This document shows, piece after piece, positions 28,927 to 32,000 of a stretch of DNA of 32,000 nucleotides. Source of the stretch: a cyanobacterium endosymbiont of Epithemia turgida isolate EtSB Lake Yunoko. Lineage in GTDB: Bacteria; Cyanobacteriota; Cyanobacteriia; Cyanobacteriales; Microcystaceae. A program made the position numbers and the translations under genes. The notes beneath the pieces were generated by a model. That model was not told the DNA's origin. It saw only the letters and a program-made list of their open reading frames with translations, and made no database searches. How positions within the stretch are numbered: position 1 is the first letter of the stretch; each line of letters opens with the position of its first letter. Where the stretch lies: contig NZ_AP012549.1 in assembly GCF_000829235.1 (NCBI RefSeq), forward strand, positions 1,560,001 to 1,592,000. The letters are read 5' to 3'.

Positions 28927-30117
28927 ATGTTGAGTAAAGAGTCAGCGTATGAGATTGCTAAAAGAAATCGCCACGATTATCATCTATCAGAAATTATCCG
29001 TCAACGGGCTTGGATAGAAATTCATGCAGAAGCCTTAATTCATAATGTTAAGGAAATCAAAAGATTGTTATTACCAAAAACATCATTAATGGCTGTGGTT
29101 AAGGCTGATGCTTATGGTCACGGTGCTATTAAAGTCGCCCAGATAGCCTTACAAGCGGGGGCTAATAGTTTAGCGACGGCTACCCTAACAGAAGGAATTG
29201 AACTTCGAGAAGCAGGAATTACAGCCCCGATCTTGATTCTAGGAGCAATTAATACCCCTAAAGAAATTGCGGTGATCGCTCGCTGGCAATTACAACCTAC
29301 TCTGTGTAACCCCCAGCAAGCTTTAGTTTTTTCTGATACTCTCAGTCAACTGGAAGAGTCCTTACCTGTTCATCTTAAACTTGACACAGGAATGTCTCGT
29401 CTAGGGACACCTTGGCATCAAGCAAGAGAATTTGTAGGGTTAGTAAGTGGGTTGCCTTATCTTAAAATTGCTAGTTTATATTCCCATCTCGCTACGGCGG
29501 ATAATCCTGATACCGAAGTGATGCAAAAACAGCACCAACGGTTTGAGAAGGTAATCTCTCAATTGAAAACCCATTTATTTAAATTACCCCCGCTACATTT
29601 AGCTAATTCAGCAGCAACTTTAATTAACCCGAATTTACACTACGATTTAGTTAGGGTTGGATTAGCTTTGTATGGATTATATCCTGCTCCTCATTTGCGT
29701 TTGATCACCACCTTAAAACCTGTACTACAAGTTAAAGCTAAAATAACTCAGGTTAAAACAATTCCCCCAGGAACAGGGGTTAGTTATGGGTATCAATTTG
29801 TCAGCGATCGTCCAATGAGTATTGCTGTCGTTGGTATTGGTTATGCAGACGGAGTTCCCCGTAACCTTTCCAACAGGTTAGAAGTTTTGATTCGAGGTAA
29901 ACGAGTACGCCAAATTGGGGCAATTACCATGGATCAGTTAATGTTAGATGTTAGTTCTATCACAGATATTCAAGTCGGAGAAATAGTCACTTTAATTGGC
30001 AAAGATAGAACAGAAGAAATTACAGCAGATGATTGGGCAAACGCTTTAGGAACTATTTCCTGGGAAATTCTTTGTGGGTTTAAATATCGACTTCCGCGAA
30101 TTCTGATAGATTCATAA
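28927..30117 (+). CDS. alr: Alanine racemase
   Basis: 396-397 aa: AWIEIHAEALIHNV...LMAVVKADAYGHGA (PLP-lysine motif)...HLKLDTGMSRLG...LYSHLATAD...LANSAA......DLVRVGLALYGL.P....GTGVSYGY...IAVVGIGYADG.PR...ITMDQLMLDV. ATG at 28927, with an in-frame TTG at 28924. Confidence 0.93.
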   Translation: MLSKESAYEIAKRNRHDYHLSEIIRQRAWIEIHAEALIHNVKEIKRLLLPKTSLMAVVKADAYGHGAIKVAQIALQAGANSLATATLTEGIELREAGITAPILILGAINTPKEIAVIARWQLQPTLCNPQQALVFSDTLSQLEESLPVHLKLDTGMSRLGTPWHQAREFVGLVSGLPYLKIASLYSHLATADNPDTEVMQKQHQRFEKVISQLKTHLFKLPPLHLANSAATLINPNLHYDLVRVGLALYGLYPAPHLRLITTLKPVLQVKAKITQVKTIPPGTGVSYGYQFVSDRPMSIAVVGIGYADGVPRNLSNRLEVLIRGKRVRQIGAITMDQLMLDVSSITDIQVGEIVTLIGKDRTEEITADDWANALGTISWEILCGFKYRLPRILIDS

Positions 30118-30188
30118 GTCAACTGCCCTCAAGTTTTGGTTTATTAGCAACAGTCTAATATGCTTTAGAGATGTACCCTATAAAAGGT

Positions 30189-30239
30189 CTCTCAGGCTCA
30201 ATCCAATGAATCAATTATCCATTGGATTGAGCCTGAGAG
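30189..30239 (+). terminator. 20-bp perfect stem-loop downstream of alr (candidate terminator)
   Basis: 30189-30208 ctctcaggctcaatccaatg is the exact reverse complement of 30220-30239, with an 11-nt loop. It is 50% GC, starts 72 nt after the alr stop, and is followed by only a short T-run (ttta). Confidence 0.55.
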
Positions 30240-31428
30240 TTTAACAAAGTAAAATTAAGAGTTGAGATTTTTTTTAACACTTGTTATTTTCAGTGTATAA
30301 AATGGGTTTCCCCAGGATTGGGGAATCTATGTGGACTATGAATAAACTGTGGTTTTCTCGTAATTCAAAGATGCTTAGAACCTAAAGTGACTTCATTAGT
30401 TCAACTAATTACAGTGGTCAATGCGGACTTAACATTGATATGGCGAATTCCCTCACTCTAATATCATGACAACAACTATTGATGGATCTGTTAGCGTCTG
30501 TCACATTCTTTACATTTTATTTGGAGCAGTTTTTTGTTAAGTAACATAGTCTGGTCAAGAACATTGCCAATAATTTATTAAGGGTAATTACAATTCTCGG
30601 TAGATTGCCGTATTCAAGTAGCTATTAATGCTTGATATTTTGGTTGTTTTCTTGAAAGGGCGGGAGGATTTAAGTACATGCGAATTTATACGTTATTTTC
30701 TACTAGTGGCGTTAGAGGATACTCTCTTATTTTTGTATAGTCGGAATTCCTCTATAGTTGCAAGTCACTACAGAATTATGATTCAATAATTTATCCATTC
30801 ATTGTCAATATTTGAAAGTTTAGGGCAACTTTAGCTAATTTTTGATGATTATTTACAGTATTTTGTTCTACAAATAGCAATTACTCATGGTTTATCAGAA
30901 AATATAATGTTGTTAATTATAGTGATGAGTTTTGCTAGATTTTTCGTACAAAATTTGTGTTGACATATTTGTAATCAATAATAGTTGTGACGTTTGTGTA
31001 TAATGCTATGATAATTTTGTGGTTAACTATACTTTTATTTAGGCTGTAAAAATGTTGATTTTAGACTGCTAATATTATCATATTTTTTTTATTTCATCTT
31101 TATTTCAATTTAGGCTTTAACAAAAACACAGAATAGCCAAAAACTTGATGGTTACTTTTTAAGTCGGACATCATCTTTAGGTAGTATGTGTTATTAATAA
31201 TATGGTGTCTATACTACGCTGTTATTTGCTCGCCATAAAGAGAATAGTTGGTAACTCAAGAAAATATATTGATATCGATGTTTTCTATTACACAAGAAGC
31301 TACAATTAACACATTATCTATTTAAGCTCATTGTTGCTTAAGTTCAAGAAAAAAAGTTACATTAAAATACTCTTTTATTTTCGCCGGGTTTTTAAAAAAT
31401 AATCGATCATAGATTGTTATTTATATCA

Positions 31429-32000
31429 TCATTTATTTCCTATTGCTTTTCCTGCTAACCAACCCGTAGTCCAGGCACTTTGTAAATTAAATCCTCCTGT
31501 CACTCCATCAATATCTACAACTTCTCCAGCCAAGTATAAATGAGCGCAAACTTTGCTTTCCATCGTTTTAAAATTAATTTCTTTTAAATTAACGCCTCCA
31601 CAAGTAACAAATTCTTCTTTAAAAACTCCCTTGTCTATAATTTCATATTGTCCTTGAGTTAGTTCTTTTGCTAACTTGATTATTTCCTTTTGAGATAGTT
31701 CTGACCAATGTTTTCTGCAATCGATAGTAGCATGTTCTAGTAGTTTTTGCCACAGTCTTCTGGGTAAATAGAAAGGGGAAAAGCTCGAAATTTGCTTATT
31801 TGATTTTTGATGTTGCAATTTAATAACTAACAGTCGTTGTTTGACTTTTTCAAAGTCATCAGGAAATAAAAAATTAATTAGTAGAAACATATTATATTTT
31901 TTTTTCTGTAATATTTTTGCTCCAAATGCAGATAATTTAAGAACTCCAAATCCACTAATACCCCAGTGGGTAATCAAAAGCGAGCCTGATTGTTGACATT
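31429..32000 (-). CDS. HI0933/BaiN-like NAD(P)/FAD-dependent oxidoreductase, C-terminal part (continues beyond the window)
   Basis: The frame is open to nt 32000 (..CQQSGSLLITHWGISGFGVLKLSAFGAKIL...FVTCGGVNLKEINFKTMESKVCAHLYLAGEVVDIDGVTGGFNLQSAWTTGWLAGKAIG). This is the characteristic C-terminal block of HI0933-family flavoproteins. The TTG at 31977 in the ORF track is internal. Confidence 0.85.
   Translation of the reverse strand, partial: CQQSGSLLITHWGISGFGVLKLSAFGAKILQKKKYNMFLLINFLFPDDFEKVKQRLLVIKLQHQKSNKQISSFSPFYLPRRLWQKLLEHATIDCRKHWSELSQKEIIKLAKELTQGQYEIIDKGVFKEEFVTCGGVNLKEINFKTMESKVCAHLYLAGEVVDIDGVTGGFNLQSAWTTGWLAGKAIGNK

Overview
This is an AT-rich cyanobacterial chromosomal segment. 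The evidence for cyanobacterial origin is a cyanobacterial-type PII/GlnB, a Vipp1 plus PspA pair, FtsH, a REC-DUF3685 regulator and HIP1 (GCGATCGC) sites. I call about 17 intact housekeeping CDS and one tRNA(CAU): glgP 3' end, CNNM/CorC transporter, class-A beta-lactamase-like hydrolase, two SpoU methyltransferases, pspA-like, vipp1, trxA, glnB, NYN/LabA, ftsH, response regulator, LysM-M23 peptidase, gshA, proB, alr and an HI0933-type flavoprotein. Between them are at least five recognisable gene corpses: a chorismate-binding PabB/TrpE-type enzyme, a class I/II aminotransferase, a Fur-family regulator, a plant-type [2Fe-2S] ferredoxin and an IS200/IS605 TnpB. There are also kilobase-scale, extremely AT-rich stretches with no ORF >=60 aa (about 12.2-14.9 kb, 19.3-20.75 kb, 30.2-31.4 kb, 5.3-6.0 kb and 0.3-1.3 kb). 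Summing my own calls, only about half of the window is intact coding sequence. My inference, not an identification, is ongoing reductive genome evolution in a host-restricted or endosymbiotic cyanobacterium. I found no CRISPR array, defence island, biosynthetic cluster or convincing novel multi-gene system. The least explained signal is a set of non-homologous, long (18-25 bp), perfect or near-perfect inverted repeats, almost all in the decayed non-coding DNA.
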